A program made the translations under genes and the position numbers. Shown piece by piece: positions 13,230 through 25,775 of a stretch of 64,000 bases of DNA; positions within the stretch are counted from its first letter, which is position 1; every line of letters begins with the position of its first letter. Source of the DNA: Azolla caroliniana (Eukaryota > Plantae > Polypodiophyta). Below the pieces are notes generated by a model, which ran no database searches, was not told the origin of the DNA, and saw only the letters and a list, made by a program, of their open reading frames with translations. Location: assembly GCA_043228905.1 (NCBI GenBank), contig JBHGNT010000005.1:12958001-13022000 (forward strand), written 5' to 3'.

Positions 13230-14224
13230 TTTCTCTATTGTTGGTGCAACAAGTCAAGCCCCCCGTCGAGCTTACCTAAAATTTCCGCTCATCTACTTAG
13301 TATTCGTTACTCAAGCTTCAACGGGCCTTTTTTGAGTAGTCTTGAATCCCTTTGCACGTGCCATCTACACCCCCGAAGGGAGGTTGGTTCCCCTCACTCT
13401 CTTCGGTTCGATCTTGTCCCTAATACGATTATTAATCTTCTTTGGATTTCCACTTTGAGAAACATCTGCGATGATTGGATTTCTATAACTTATCTATTCT
13501 TTAAAGGAGCTTTAATAAAAAGAAACCTCAAAAAAAAAAAAAAAAAGCATTTGAATCGGACTTTGATCACCCAATCAAGATTGTCAGATTAGACTCGTCT
13601 TTACGAAGCCTGATTGAAGGATTAATTGATTAATCCTGGAAGAGAACCCTCAGTATGTACATAGTACTTTTAATCCCGAGTTACAAAATTCTCCTCGATT
13701 GTGAGAAATATGTCGGAAGTGGAGGCATCCCATCGTCGTATGAGATGACAGGCTGGGTTTAGTCTGTGGTGATCGAAATATACAATCGAGTCACGCATCA
13801 CAATACACTGGGTTTTCTGATTCCTTGTGAGGCTTAGCAAGTAGATTTGCTATGTAGTTGGGACTCGCTTTGGGAACTATACGTGAGTTACCAGGCATGC
13901 TAATTTGATATATCCCATTTGGTATCTTCGAACTCAAGAGTCGGTGAATTCAACCCCGCAATGCTTACAAAAATTGGAAGACTCCTCATTCTCAACAGAT
14001 CAATAGTTTCCATAGGCACACACTCCAGTTTTTATTGGCCCAAAAATTCTCTCACAGAATAAACCATCTTGCTCTAGCTTATGGGTCTTATGATGCAATC
14101 TATAAGGTTAATCAACTTGACCAACGGTCTCTCCGTTAGGTAACCTTCTTTCAACCCAGCTACGAATCTATTTGAGGGAAGCTAGCCCAATACGAAGTTT
14201 TTGATAATTAGTGTCCTGAATCGT
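13230..14224 (-). pseudogene. rpoC1: second rpoC1 copy: exon 1 (13798-14224) plus part of the intron
   Basis: ...CGVEFTDS...RRYQMGYIKLAC...VYCD followed by an intron-like start GCGTGACTCGAT; ACG start. Confidence 0.88.
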
Positions 14225-14261
14225 AAGATAAAAAGTTTCAATTGTTTTTTTTTTTTTTTAC

Positions 14262-14340
14262 TTCTATGGAGTATCCAATATCTTCAATTCCCCTACCTGA
14301 ATCTTCTTCAAACACAAACTCGTGTTCCAAATTCAGGCCA
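14262..14340 (-). pseudogene. rpoB: rpoB 3' end, second copy
   Basis: Reverse complement of about 496-570. Confidence 0.8.
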
Positions 14341-14555
14341 ATATACTTTCAATCCAGGTTTGCTAATACGTTTGATTATCGTAATACATGGCTCCCTTTT
14401 TTTACCCTAATACTTTAAATTCACATCCAGAAATTCTTTCATGTTTTCGGTGTGTTCAGAAATCCCTTTAACAAAACTTTCTTCTAACAGGGTTCTTCCG
14501 ATACGTCTAGTCATTCTGGTAGCAAGCACTCTTATTGTCGTTATCCCTCCACAAA
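14341..14555 (-). pseudogene. rps8: plastid rps8 internal fragment
   Basis: TIRVLATRMTRRIGRTLLEESFVKGISEHTEN...LKY*GKKREPCITIIKRISKPGLKVY. Confidence 0.85.
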
Positions 14556-15157
14556 GTAGTAGTATCTCAAGAAAACGATCGTGGTCTTTACTCAAATCTG
14601 GAATCGATGGTGTGATGGACCTATTAGAGAAGCAACGAAAAAAAGAGAATAACTAAATTAGCTTGCTTGGGACTATGGATGGCTGGTTCTGGGCCATCCC
14701 GTCTAACCTTACCTAGGAATTATTGCTTTGAAGGGTTCTTTCAAAATGTTCAATGTAGTGCTTTTGGAATAGTGTTCAATCCTGGACATACATAGGTGCA
14801 CCAACGAACATATATCACTCTCTGGTTGATTTGGTGGCTTCTTTCTGGAGCGGTATTTCGCCTCTATCCCTTATCCTATCCCCTATACAAACAACAAACT
14901 CGATCGGGCCGTTGGGATGCAACAAGGTGATTGGCGGTAATAGTGATATAAAAAGAAGAAGAAAAAAGTCTATGTGTATCAATTTATAATGCAAAGTGTA
15001 GAAGGAGATTCGCTAGTATATTGATTCTTTTTTTATTCCGTTGTTTTTGTTTTTTTAGTTTGGGAGACTACCACAATGAAGAGCAGTCATAGATCTTTTT
15101 CTTATTCTAGGGACTTTATGATGAGTCAATGGATCAATTTCAACAAAGAATGTTTTT

Positions 15158-15335
15158 TGTAGAGGTTGGACAAGTTAAGCGGTTCTTGATTCAGCTACGT
15201 GAGTATATAACAACCAATAAACCTCAATTTGGTGAAATCATTCGTTCTACCAAGACGTTTACAGAACAGGCAGAAACTATCTCAAAAGAAGCAATTAAAG
15301 AGTCAATAGAACTATTTTTACTGCAAGAAAAGTAA
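15158..15335 (+). pseudogene. atpA: atpA 3' end
   Basis: [38 protein letters not shown]...LFLLQEK*. Confidence 0.92.
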
Positions 15336-15436
15336 CTAGCTATTTTTTTTTGCGTGAGTGGGCGGAGAGCATGGAGATTTCAACTCTCCAACCACGTTCT
15401 CCACACACGCATGGCTATAACTATAAGGAAGGCAAC

Positions 15437-15508
15437 TACATCCAATAGGATTCGAACCTATACTTAAGGTTTAGAAGACCTCTGCCCTATCCATTAGACG
15501 ATGGATGC
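15437..15508 (-). tRNA. trnR-UCU: plastid trnR-UCU copy (NUPT)
   Basis: GCATCCATCGTCTAATGGATAGGGCAGAGGTCTTCTAAACC...GGTTCGAATCCTATTGGA. Confidence 0.9.
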
Positions 15509-16209
15509 ACTTTTCTATCTAGTCGATAGTCAACTATCAAGAAGCTAGAGCAAGAGTACCATATCGCAAACACACAAGAGTTTTTTTTCGTTCATGACAC
15601 GGTTTAGAAACAATAAAGAAAAGCAAGATCGTTTTGGATAACCCTTTCACCCCTACGTTCTATTTTTAGCGGGTAGTGGGAATCGAACCCACATCATTAG
15701 CTTGGAAGGCTAAGGGTTATAGTCAATGCCAATTTCTTTTTATGACACCTCTAATTCAGAACCGAACATGAAAATCTCTATTCATTCGGCTCCTTTATGG
15801 AAAATTAAGGTAGATGTCAAAGCATATGGCATGCTTTTTTCTACCAACTGGCAGGGGTTCCTCACCTCGTCTCATAAGGAAAGTGGAGATAACGAAAGCC
15901 TATTACTTTTTGGAATCCCCCCCACTTAAAAAATTCTCTTATTCAATGAACCTCTTTCTATTATAAGCCCGGGGACTTCACTATCAAAACTTGTATGATA
16001 GCACGTGAGTTCATCAAAAGGGGTTTTAATTAATTAGTGAGATACAGAATATATATACATAAGGGTATTAATGAAGATTTGAAAATATTTTACATAAGGG
16101 TATTATCAATTATGCTGGAAAAAAAATTACGTAAGCCCATGAAATATTAGATATTTCAATGAGATAGTAAAGAATATATTATGCAAAGAATACTCAAATT
16201 TGAAGTGGC

Positions 16210-17067
16210 ATACATACATACATACATACATATACATGCATGCATCCATATATACCTACATTCAAACATTACATCCATGAATATGTATATACATACATAC
16301 ATTACACCCATTTATACATGCATGCTGACTAAACATAAATATATATTACCATATGTAAATATGTACATACACATACATACATGCATTACATACTACATAC
16401 ATATTAAAATTGGCCATATATATTGACATACATATATAGATAATACATATATAAAAATTACATATTACATTTATACATACACTTCCTTACAAATATATTT
16501 TATATATTACATATTACACACAATTATATACAAATGCAAATATACAAACCAAACACACACACAAAAAAATTCATATTATATATAATAATATATATATATA
16601 TATATTATATACACATACATACACATACACACATTCCATACATACAATACAATACAATATGTACATACATACACACACAAACATAACACACATCACACAT
16701 GCATATATACCTACAAGCTACATTCATATATCACACATCACACATGCATATATATCTACATCCATGAATATGTATATACATACATTACACTCATTTATAT
16801 ATACATATTAACTAAACATAAATATATGTACAAATATATATTACCATATGTAAATATGTACATAATACATAAAATAAAATTACATATTACATACATATAT
16901 ACATACACAAATGCATATATACATACAAAACACTCAAAAATAAATTACATATTATATATATGTATACACATACACATACATATTAACACCAAAAGGCTAA
17001 GATTACATACTATATATATACAAATCTTCATACTTACAAACAAGTTACATATATTACATATATATAC
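16210..17067. repeat. Degenerate (CA/TA)-rich low-complexity tract
   Basis: TACA/CACA/TATA mosaics, very G-poor plus strand. Confidence 0.85.
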
Positions 17068-17457
17068 ACGTGCACCATAGTTCCTAATATTCGCGTACGT
17101 CCAATTTATTGGACGTACGCAAACGTTTGCAAACGTACGCGTATGATACGCGATATTTGTTTGGTTTTTTTTTTTTTGACTTTTTTTTGGTTTTTTTAAT
17201 TTTTGATATTCATAATATTTTGTGAATAGAAGTGACATCTGACACACATACACACACTCTCTCTCTCTCTCTCACACGAGAATTGACAGATTTTCTCTCT
17301 CTACAAAATCTAGATATCTAATATACATATTACATACTCCCTCACACAAACAAAACCCATAGCTCCTCTCTCTCTCTCTCTCTCTCTCTAGAGTCTAGAT
17401 ATACACTCAATCATTGTCTCCTCACACATGCAAAACAGGGCTTCTCTCTCTAGACCA

Positions 17458-17502
<45 letters not shown>

Positions 17503-17667
17503 TCACACACACACACACACTATGTACACCCAGTGTTGCCTTTTGACGGCTAACATTGCCTGTCATGAGAACGGTATTCCAAAATTTTTGCCCGTCAAAT
17601 TAACGGTTTGTAAAAAAAAATGCCCTTCAAAAAGTAAATACATCGAATATTTGTACGAAACAATATA

Positions 17668-19953
17668 TTATATCCTTCTATCCTTTGCATCTTTCCAAAT
17701 TTCATGTACACGATCCCATTGTATTTCTTCAATGCGTGGCCCATTCAATGAGACTCGCATTAAATCATCTAAATGCTCTATATTCAATCGATTTCTTTTC
17801 ATCTCTTTGATGAGATTTTGCTTAGAGAACCCTCTCTCACACGAAACTGTGCTAGAAGGAATAACCAAAGTAGCTTGCCATAATTTCATCAAATGAGGGA
17901 AACTATCTTGCCAATCCTTCATTTTGCAAAACATACGCCAAGCTTCATGCATAGTATAGCCTTCACAATTTAAACGTAAAGTGTCAACAAACCTATAGAG
18001 TTCCATTTCACAAGCCTTTGCATCATGTGAAATTTGAGGACATGCATTGACATCAACATTTGGCTGTAAGTGAGAAATCAAAATTCCCAACCATGTCTTT
18101 GCTTTACTATCCCTAATCACATCATCATCTGCATAATGGCATGGGCTGAATAATTTTGCTGCATTGAAGAGGCTTAAGTCAGGGAATCTTGCATTTAGTC
18201 CATCAATAACATTTTGCACATAATTTTGAGATAGTTTAATACAACTTTCAAGTGATCCATCTATAAATGGCCTCATTCCCTTAGATTTTGCAATAGTGGG
18301 ATTTGGATCATTTTGACTTGCTTTATCCATAGGAATTTGTTTGAAGTATAGTTCATGTCTATATGTAACGCCATCTTTATCCTCTATTTCCAAAAACCCA
18401 ACTTTAGAACATCTTAAGAACTTGGATAAATACATTGTTCCATCCGCAAATGTGTCATTTCTCAAGAAAGACCTCCGCAAATTAGAAATTGTAATATCAA
18501 TTTCTGCACCAATTGAAGTTACATCCAAATTCTCTTTTTGAAGTTTCAAGCTCAAGATATTCATCAAATGCAACACATCAGCCATGATACAAAAGCAAAA
18601 TTGCACACTATAGATACAAGCTTTATTATACCACTCGTTTAAGTTCTCTTTCTTCCAAATAGTAAGTATTGCAAGCATTATACTCACTAGTCTTTCCATG
18701 ACTTGACCACGTGACAACCAACGAATATTATGAATTTGTAATGGTCTATGAGCATCCAATTGCATTTGTTCCAAGAGCTCTAAAATTTCATGTGTCCTTT
18801 TGGTACTATTGTTAGCCCATGTATATACCTTATTTGCAATTTTTTCTACAAGAATGAGCTCAGGGATATCTTTAGATACATCTAAAATAACCAATGCTTC
18901 TCTATGAGCAATACAATGTACACCAACCAAATTTGGGATATCATTTTTCATTAATGTTACTGTTCCAATTTCACTACCAATCATTGATGATGCACCATCA
19001 GTTGCCAATCCGATCAACTTGTTCATGTTGAGGCATCGATCGCCTAATAGATGCTTAACATGTTCATATATAGTTCTACCTTTACCATTGGGAATTTTCA
19101 GCAAACCCATATATTCAGTTTGCTTAGGCCCACAACCACCACATTGCAAATATGTAACATACATAATGAGATGCAACTCTAATCCATTGTCAGTACTTTC
19201 ATCTAGCATCAAAGAGTAGTATGGGGAATTTATTAGGTTTGAGCTTTGAATTTCTAGAAGATATTTCCCGAAGGCAACCAAAAATTCATATCCCCCATAT
19301 CTACTAGTATAAGATATATAATCATGTTGCTTAGGCATATTAGGCACCTCTAGTAGCACAGCCAAATCACATAATTCTTGGTATGTAGCGATAGACAAAT
19401 CTTTTTTTGCAATAAAGTACATGAGTTTCATTGTTGTTATGACCTTATTTTTGTTAATATCATCCAATTGTGATACATGCTTTGAGATGGACATTGCTTT
19501 CCCTTCAACATCACATATCCACTTTGATGCACATAATTTATGACCACTTGAGTTGACATGGGTCAAAATTGCATCAAGTTGCAAAGTAATGCATCTAGAA
19601 CCAAGACCCCAAGGCCCAGGACTAGCGTATTTCTCACACCATGCACATTTCATTAATGTTTTGTCTCCTTGCACAATGCATCTTATCCATGGGAATTTAT
19701 CTCTCCATGCTTCACGGAATTTTCTCTTAGGCTTTTCTTTAGTTATATTAGAGGAACAACTCTCTCGAGTTAAACTCTCTAAATCAGTCCCAAACATATC
19801 CATATCCTCATTTGAATCATTGTTTAGATTTATGTCATTGGTATCGTTGGGTGGTTTCCATGCAAACATCGCACTGATGGTTCGTTGGTTTTTTCTTTTA
19901 GGAGCCATAATTATTCTGAATAAGAAGAAATGGGTCATGTAAGAAAAGATCAT
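17668..19953 (-). CDS. hAT transposase, ZNF862-like (likely start MAPKRK at 19908)
   Basis: N-terminal Zn-finger-like FPWI..CAWC..H..H, LMLDESTD, LATDGAS, HCIAH, RWLS, SCERGFS dimerisation domain; uninterrupted 761-aa ORF. Confidence 0.93.
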   Translation of the reverse strand: MIFSYMTHFFLFRIIMAPKRKNQRTISAMFAWKPPNDTNDINLNNDSNEDMDMFGTDLESLTRESCSSNITKEKPKRKFREAWRDKFPWIRCIVQGDKTLMKCAWCEKYASPGPWGLGSRCITLQLDAILTHVNSSGHKLCASKWICDVEGKAMSISKHVSQLDDINKNKVITTMKLMYFIAKKDLSIATYQELCDLAVLLEVPNMPKQHDYISYTSRYGGYEFLVAFGKYLLEIQSSNLINSPYYSLMLDESTDNGLELHLIMYVTYLQCGGCGPKQTEYMGLLKIPNGKGRTIYEHVKHLLGDRCLNMNKLIGLATDGASSMIGSEIGTVTLMKNDIPNLVGVHCIAHREALVILDVSKDIPELILVEKIANKVYTWANNSTKRTHEILELLEQMQLDAHRPLQIHNIRWLSRGQVMERLVSIMLAILTIWKKENLNEWYNKACIYSVQFCFCIMADVLHLMNILSLKLQKENLDVTSIGAEIDITISNLRRSFLRNDTFADGTMYLSKFLRCSKVGFLEIEDKDGVTYRHELYFKQIPMDKASQNDPNPTIAKSKGMRPFIDGSLESCIKLSQNYVQNVIDGLNARFPDLSLFNAAKLFSPCHYADDDVIRDSKAKTWLGILISHLQPNVDVNACPQISHDAKACEMELYRFVDTLRLNCEGYTMHEAWRMFCKMKDWQDSFPHLMKLWQATLVIPSSTVSCERGFSKQNLIKEMKRNRLNIEHLDDLMRVSLNGPRIEEIQWDRVHEIWKDAKDRRI

Positions 19954-20590
19954 ACCATCAGTTCAAAACAATCACTAGCATCATTAAACCCATACATATT
20001 AGTTATGACCTATTGGGCAATGAGATTTTACATGAATATAATTCCCAAACTTTTGCCCTTAAAGAGGAGAGCAATACTAGTTTTGATGGACTAGTAAAAG
20101 AATTTGGTGGTATATCTACTTCATCTAGAACTCAACAACTAAAACCAATGAAAGCCTAGAAAAGGCGTGACAAGAGAGCAAACCAAGAAGCTAAGAGAGA
20201 ACAAAGAATTCAAGAAAAGCAAAACAATGTGGTGAGTGATCGGATGGTGGAAAACGAATTGCTTGAAGGAAAATAAATTGCTTGAAGGTGTATCATCCCA
20301 CACCATCAAGGAACCATAGGTGCAATCAAAAGAAGAAAACATGACACAAGTACGAGCAACATTCGTAGTTAACAAAAGCAACAATGATATTAGGCAAGCC
20401 ATTCTAAATTTCCGTAGAGGGAAATATAAGAATGATTTAGCCATTAATAGAGTCGGAAAATGCTCTGGCCATCAACGTTGGATATGTAGTAATTTCCTAA
20501 CCATAGGAAATAACTATTGATATGATGAGATGGATCATTGTTAAAAGTTGGGGATTTTTATTGATTTTTATTGAGACAATAAACATTAGT

Positions 20591-20611
20591 CTCTATTAAT
20601 CTAAAGTTCAT

Positions 20612-20653
<42 letters not shown>

Positions 20654-20768
20654 GCAGGCAGAAGAAGAAGAAGAAGAAGAAGAAGAAGAAGATCCTCTAT
20701 TATCTAAAGTTCATACCAGAGAGAGAGAGAGAGAGAGAGACGACACAGGTGGAAGAAGAAGAAGATCC
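20591..20768 (+). repeat. Two-copy tandem unit CTCTATT(A)ATCTAAAGTTCATACCAG(AG)n...(GAA)nGATCC
   Basis: Read directly; the second unit runs into RPS7. Confidence 0.85.
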
Positions 20769-21322
20769 ATAAGGAGAAAAGCCTCGAGCCTGATGATTTT
20801 GAAGAGTCTGTTGCACAGGCTCTCTTTGATCTCGAGAACACTAACCAGGAGCTAAGAAGTGACCTAAGGGATCTATTCATCAATTCTGCAAAGCAAATAG
20901 ATATCAATGGAAGCAGGAAGGCTGTCATAATCCATGTGCCATACAGACTGAGGAAATCTTTCAAGAAAATTCACAACCGTCTTGTCCGTGAACTTGAGAA
21001 GAAATTCAGTGGCAAGGATGTTATTTTCATTGCGACAAGGCGCATTATGAGGCCTCCCAAGAAGGGAACAGTTGTTGCTCGTCCTAGAAGCCGCACATTA
21101 ACATCTGTTCATGAGGCTATTCTTGAAGATTTAGTCTATCCAGCAGAGATTGTGGGAAAAAGAGTTCGTTTCCGTCTGGATGGTTCACGTATAATGCGAG
21201 TATATTTGGACCCCAAGGAGAGGAACAATACTGAGTATAAGTTAGAGACTTTTGGTGTTGCTTATAAGAAGCTAACTGGAAAAGAAGTAGTGTTCGAGTA
21301 CCCTGTACAGGAAGCTGCTTAA
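20759..21322 (+). pseudogene. RPS7: Captured intronless cytosolic 40S ribosomal protein S7 (eS7) coding sequence, lacking the ATG and first few codons
   Basis: [32 protein letters not shown]...VPYRLRKSF...[15 protein letters not shown]...[19 protein letters not shown]; 187 uninterrupted codons; in-frame TAA at 20705 upstream with no ATG between. Confidence 0.93.
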
Positions 21323-21575
21323 AGACGTTTTATCTTGGGATAGTTTTTGAGGTTTCAGTTTTTTTTTTACACTTTATGGTTTAAAATTCCTTTTGTAGGA
21401 ATTGAAGGTATCAATGGAGTCTTCATGTGTATGCTTATCCCCTGTAAGGATACATTAGAGACATCCTTTTTTCTGCAATCTATTTCTGGAAGTGAGGCAA
21501 ATATGAGCAGCATGCAAATATATTCATTAAGGATCCCATTGCTTCAATGAGGATGGTTTAGTCTATTTTAATCTT

Positions 21576-21625
<50 letters not shown>

Positions 21626-22315
21626 CTACCTTAGATGGGTGAACAGGACTGTTGTAGGAGATGTTGCTGAATCTATGAGTAGCAAGCAACGAGCAACAAG
21701 CTTCGAGTAGGGATAGTGAGCACTGAGTTGCGAGCTTCCAACAAGGTGCAGGGTTGAGGGAGCAACGAACAAACAGGGAAAATGGGGGAAAAGGGGGAAA
21801 AGGGGGGAAAAGGGAAAGGAAGGTCTTAGATGGGGAAACGGGGAATTGGGAAGTAAAGATTCATAATTTAGACTCTATTAGTTTTTTACCTTTTTGTTAC
21901 ACACATAGTGACATATGTGAGCCTTTCAAATTCCTACACTCCCAATGCAACTTGAACAATTTGTTCCTACTACCTAGGACTATACTACTATAGTATTGGT
22001 CTTAGTAAAATTTGACGGTATTATGAAATTTTAAGCCTTCATTTTTACGTTTTCATAAAACATATGCCCGTCAAGATTGACGGTTTCATTTTAAAATTAA
22101 CTTTCATATACGGTTAAATTTGCCAAAAACGTTCAAAACGGCCGTCAAAAGGCAACACTGTGTACACCATATACACCATATGTATATATAATATATCTAT
22201 GTACCGCGTATGGATTTCAATCATACTTGGAGCCTTTTCACGTATGAGTATGATACGAATATTGGCGTTTGAGTATGACACGAATGGGACGTATGGCTAG
22301 AACTATGACGTGCAC

Positions 22316-22516
22316 GCACATAAATAAATTAGATATTACATAGCATATATTACACAATATTCAAATTTACACATACATAAATTACATATATACATATATA
22401 GATACATACATAGATATACATATTACATATGTACATACATATTCCACATATCACCATATATATATGTATAGATTATACTGGACCATACAAACCAGAATAC
22501 TTATATATATACATAC

Positions 22517-22563
<47 letters not shown>

Positions 22564-23439
22564 TAGATATATGTATACTTACACATATCACCATATATAT
22601 ATGTACATATGCCTACAATGTTAAAAGTTTTACAAACATACATCCATACACATATATACATACATTACATGCATGCATACACATAAATATGTTACATACA
22701 CATACATACATACATTTCATCACAGACTACAATACATACATGTATACTTACACATAAATAAATTAGATATTACATAGCACATAATCCATACCTATTACAC
22801 AATATACAAATTTATACATATCTTCATTTATACATTGCTACACATACATACACATATATACATTAGATATCTACATAGATATTATGCATATATTACAATC
22901 ACACATCAATACACATTGAATCATGTACATTTGCATATGCATATATGCATACACATACATACATGACATATGCATATATGCATACACATATATACATTCG
23001 TACATGGACATGCATATAGTCTTTTATACATTGCTACATGTACATACACATACATACATACATATATTAGATATATACACACATACGTATATATATATAT
23101 ACACCTACATATAGTCTTCTATACATACACACACATTACATATGGATATATGCAAACACATATGTACATTCGTACATGGACATACATATATTCATTTATA
23201 CATTGCTACATATACATACACATATATATAGATAGATATTATGCACATATTACAATCACACATCCATACACATTGAATCATGTACATTTGCATATGCATA
23301 TATGCATACACATATATACATATTACAAACAAATATCCACACACACACACACACACACAAATATACATACATTACATATTACATATGTACATTCATATTT
23401 TATTCATTGAAGCATACATATTTTATGCATACATTACAT

Positions 23440-23484
<45 letters not shown>

Positions 23485-24614
23485 TTCATTCATTCATTCA
23501 TGCATACATTATGTGCACATACATACATAACATACATTCATACTAAACATACATTCAAACATTCATGTTTTTTTATTTAGATATTTGCCGCCTCCTCCTT
23601 TGCTCCCTCCTCTTCTTTGCTCATTTCTGCGATTGCTTCTTCTCCCCTTCTTTTTGTCCTCATTTTGCCGCCGCCTCTGTTCTCATTTTGCCGCCGCCAC
23701 CGCTCGCCTTGTGCCGCTTTTGCTCACCATTATTCTCTGTTGGGGCTGCCACAACTATTCTACAAATATTTTACAGGTACACATAAGTACAAACATAAAC
23801 CAACACATAAATTCTTAGCCACACACACACACGGGCCATACATACAATAAACGAAATTAATACATTACAATACAATATGTACATATATACACACATACCT
23901 ATGTACACATACTTACACATTTACACATATAACACATACATACAATACAATATGTACACACATACATACATACACATGGAATACAAACAATACATACATA
24001 AACACACACACATACATGTGTAGAATATACATACACACATGTACACACATATATATTGTATGGAACATACATACACACATACCTATATACACATATATAC
24101 ACTTACATACATACACATTTACACATATAACACATACATACAATACAATATGTGCACACATACATACATAAACACACACACACACACACACACACACGTG
24201 TAGAATATACATACACATATGGACACATATATATGTTGTATGGAACATATATACACACACACAAACATAACACACAACACACACATGAAATACATACAAT
24301 ACAAAACATAAAACACAACACACACATGAAATACACATGAAACACATATATGTTGTATGGAACATACATACACACATGTACACACATATATGTTGTATGG
24401 AACATACATACACACATGTACACACATATATGTTGTATGGAACATACATACACACATGTACACACATATATGTTGTATGGAACATACATACACACGTACA
24501 CACATATATGTTGTATGGAACATACATATACACATACCTATATACACTTACATACATACACATTTACACATATAACACATACATACAATACAATATGTGC
24601 ACACATACATACAT

Positions 24615-24673
<59 letters not shown>

Positions 24674-25048
24674 TAGAATATACATACACATATGGACACA
24701 TATATATGTTGTATGGAACATATATACACACACACAAACATAACACACAACACACACATGAAATACATACAATACAAAACATAACACACAACACACACAT
24801 GAAATACACATGAAATACACATGAAATACACATGAAATACATATATGTTGTATGGAACATACATACACACATACCTATATACACATATATACACTTACAT
24901 ACATACACATTTACACATATAACACATACATACAATACAATATGTGCACACATACATACATAAACACACACACACAAACATGTAGAATATACATACACAT
25001 ATGGACACATATATATGTTGTATGGAACATACATACACACACACAAAC
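22316..25048. repeat. CA/TA-rich satellite with 40-bp minisatellite and larger repeated blocks
   Basis: ACACATATATGTTGTATGGAACATACATACACACATGTAC in tandem at about 24340-24520; repeated blocks at about 23900-25050. Confidence 0.9.
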
Positions 25049-25775
25049 ATATTGTTGAGGATGAGACTGTGATTAAGCGGAATGTTAAGTGGGATAGCTC
25101 AAATGATTTACTTTTGGGTTTTTGTGGGTTGAAGTCATCCAATCATCAATGTGTCTCATCATGTATGATAAAGGTGGGTGACTCTAATGTTGGTTATTAA
25201 ACCATTGTCAGCTCCTTTAAAGACTATGTGGTTGGACACTATGCTAGGGTGTTAATTACGAATCCTCTTCACCCTAAACTTCCACGATTAGTATTGGTTG
25301 TACAATGTACATGTAATTGCTTTGATGCAGATTTTGTAAAATGCCAATGGAATGAAGTGGAAACTTTATGGGAAAAACACCTCTCCACAAGTATTGGGCC
25401 AATTGTTGGACATGCATCTGATGGAGATAGTAGGAGAAGAAAGATTATGCTTCAAGTTTACTTAACCCCAAGCATATGCTTAAGATATAAATTGCCTTGG
25501 GATGGTTGGATCTTCACAGGTCAAATGCATAATGATATGGTAAGTTGTCTTCATGATCAAGATTTCATCCATAATGGAAAGAAACTTGTGAATGCACTAG
25601 ATAATCCCTCAAGATAATTAGTAATTGGGGATGTATGGATCACATTGAATCATGTGTCTTTGGTATATAATAACTTCTCTATTGATGCACATGGCTTAAG
25701 GGAATGTGATATTACGAGAGAAGATAGGCAAAATTGGGTTGGAGCTCAAAGAATTGCAAGTAGAAATGTAGAAAC
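25049..25775 (+). pseudogene. DDE transposase core remnant, P-element-like
   Basis: One frame with two stops: VEDETVIK...NPLHPKLP...GHASDGDSRRRK...DQDFIHNGKKLVN...DRQNWVGAQRIAS. Confidence 0.65.

Larger units (their letters stand above)
17531..22160 (-). mobile_element. hAT transposon (4630 bp), structurally intact, carrying an RPS7 copy
   Basis: Perfect 20-bp TIR CAGTGTTGCCTTTTGACGGC, 8-bp TSD TGTACACC, subterminal TGACGG/AACGG repeats. Confidence 0.97.
17076..22307. mobile_element. Non-autonomous hAT-type MITE (about 594 bp without its nested insert)
   Basis: CATAGTTC...GAACTATG ends, 8-bp TSD ACGTGCAC (17068-17075 and 22308-22315). Confidence 0.82.

Noticed and set aside
15352-15410. Stem-loop after atpA (similar hairpins near 27470 and 32836)
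   Set aside because: Ordinary plastid intergenic inverted repeats carried in the NUPT
20936-21322. RPS7 as a normal host gene starting at GTG 20936
   Set aside because: Homology extends about 59 codons upstream, there is no ATG or intron, and it lies inside hAT TIRs
24340-24520. Regularly spaced repeats resembling a CRISPR array
   Set aside because: Head-to-tail 40-bp minisatellite with no unique spacers and no cas genes, in a eukaryotic context
22464-25142. Many His/Thr/Tyr- or Cys/Val-rich ORFs (also at 16181-17253 and in copy 2)
   Set aside because: Translations of CA/TA simple repeats that lack stop codons; not genes
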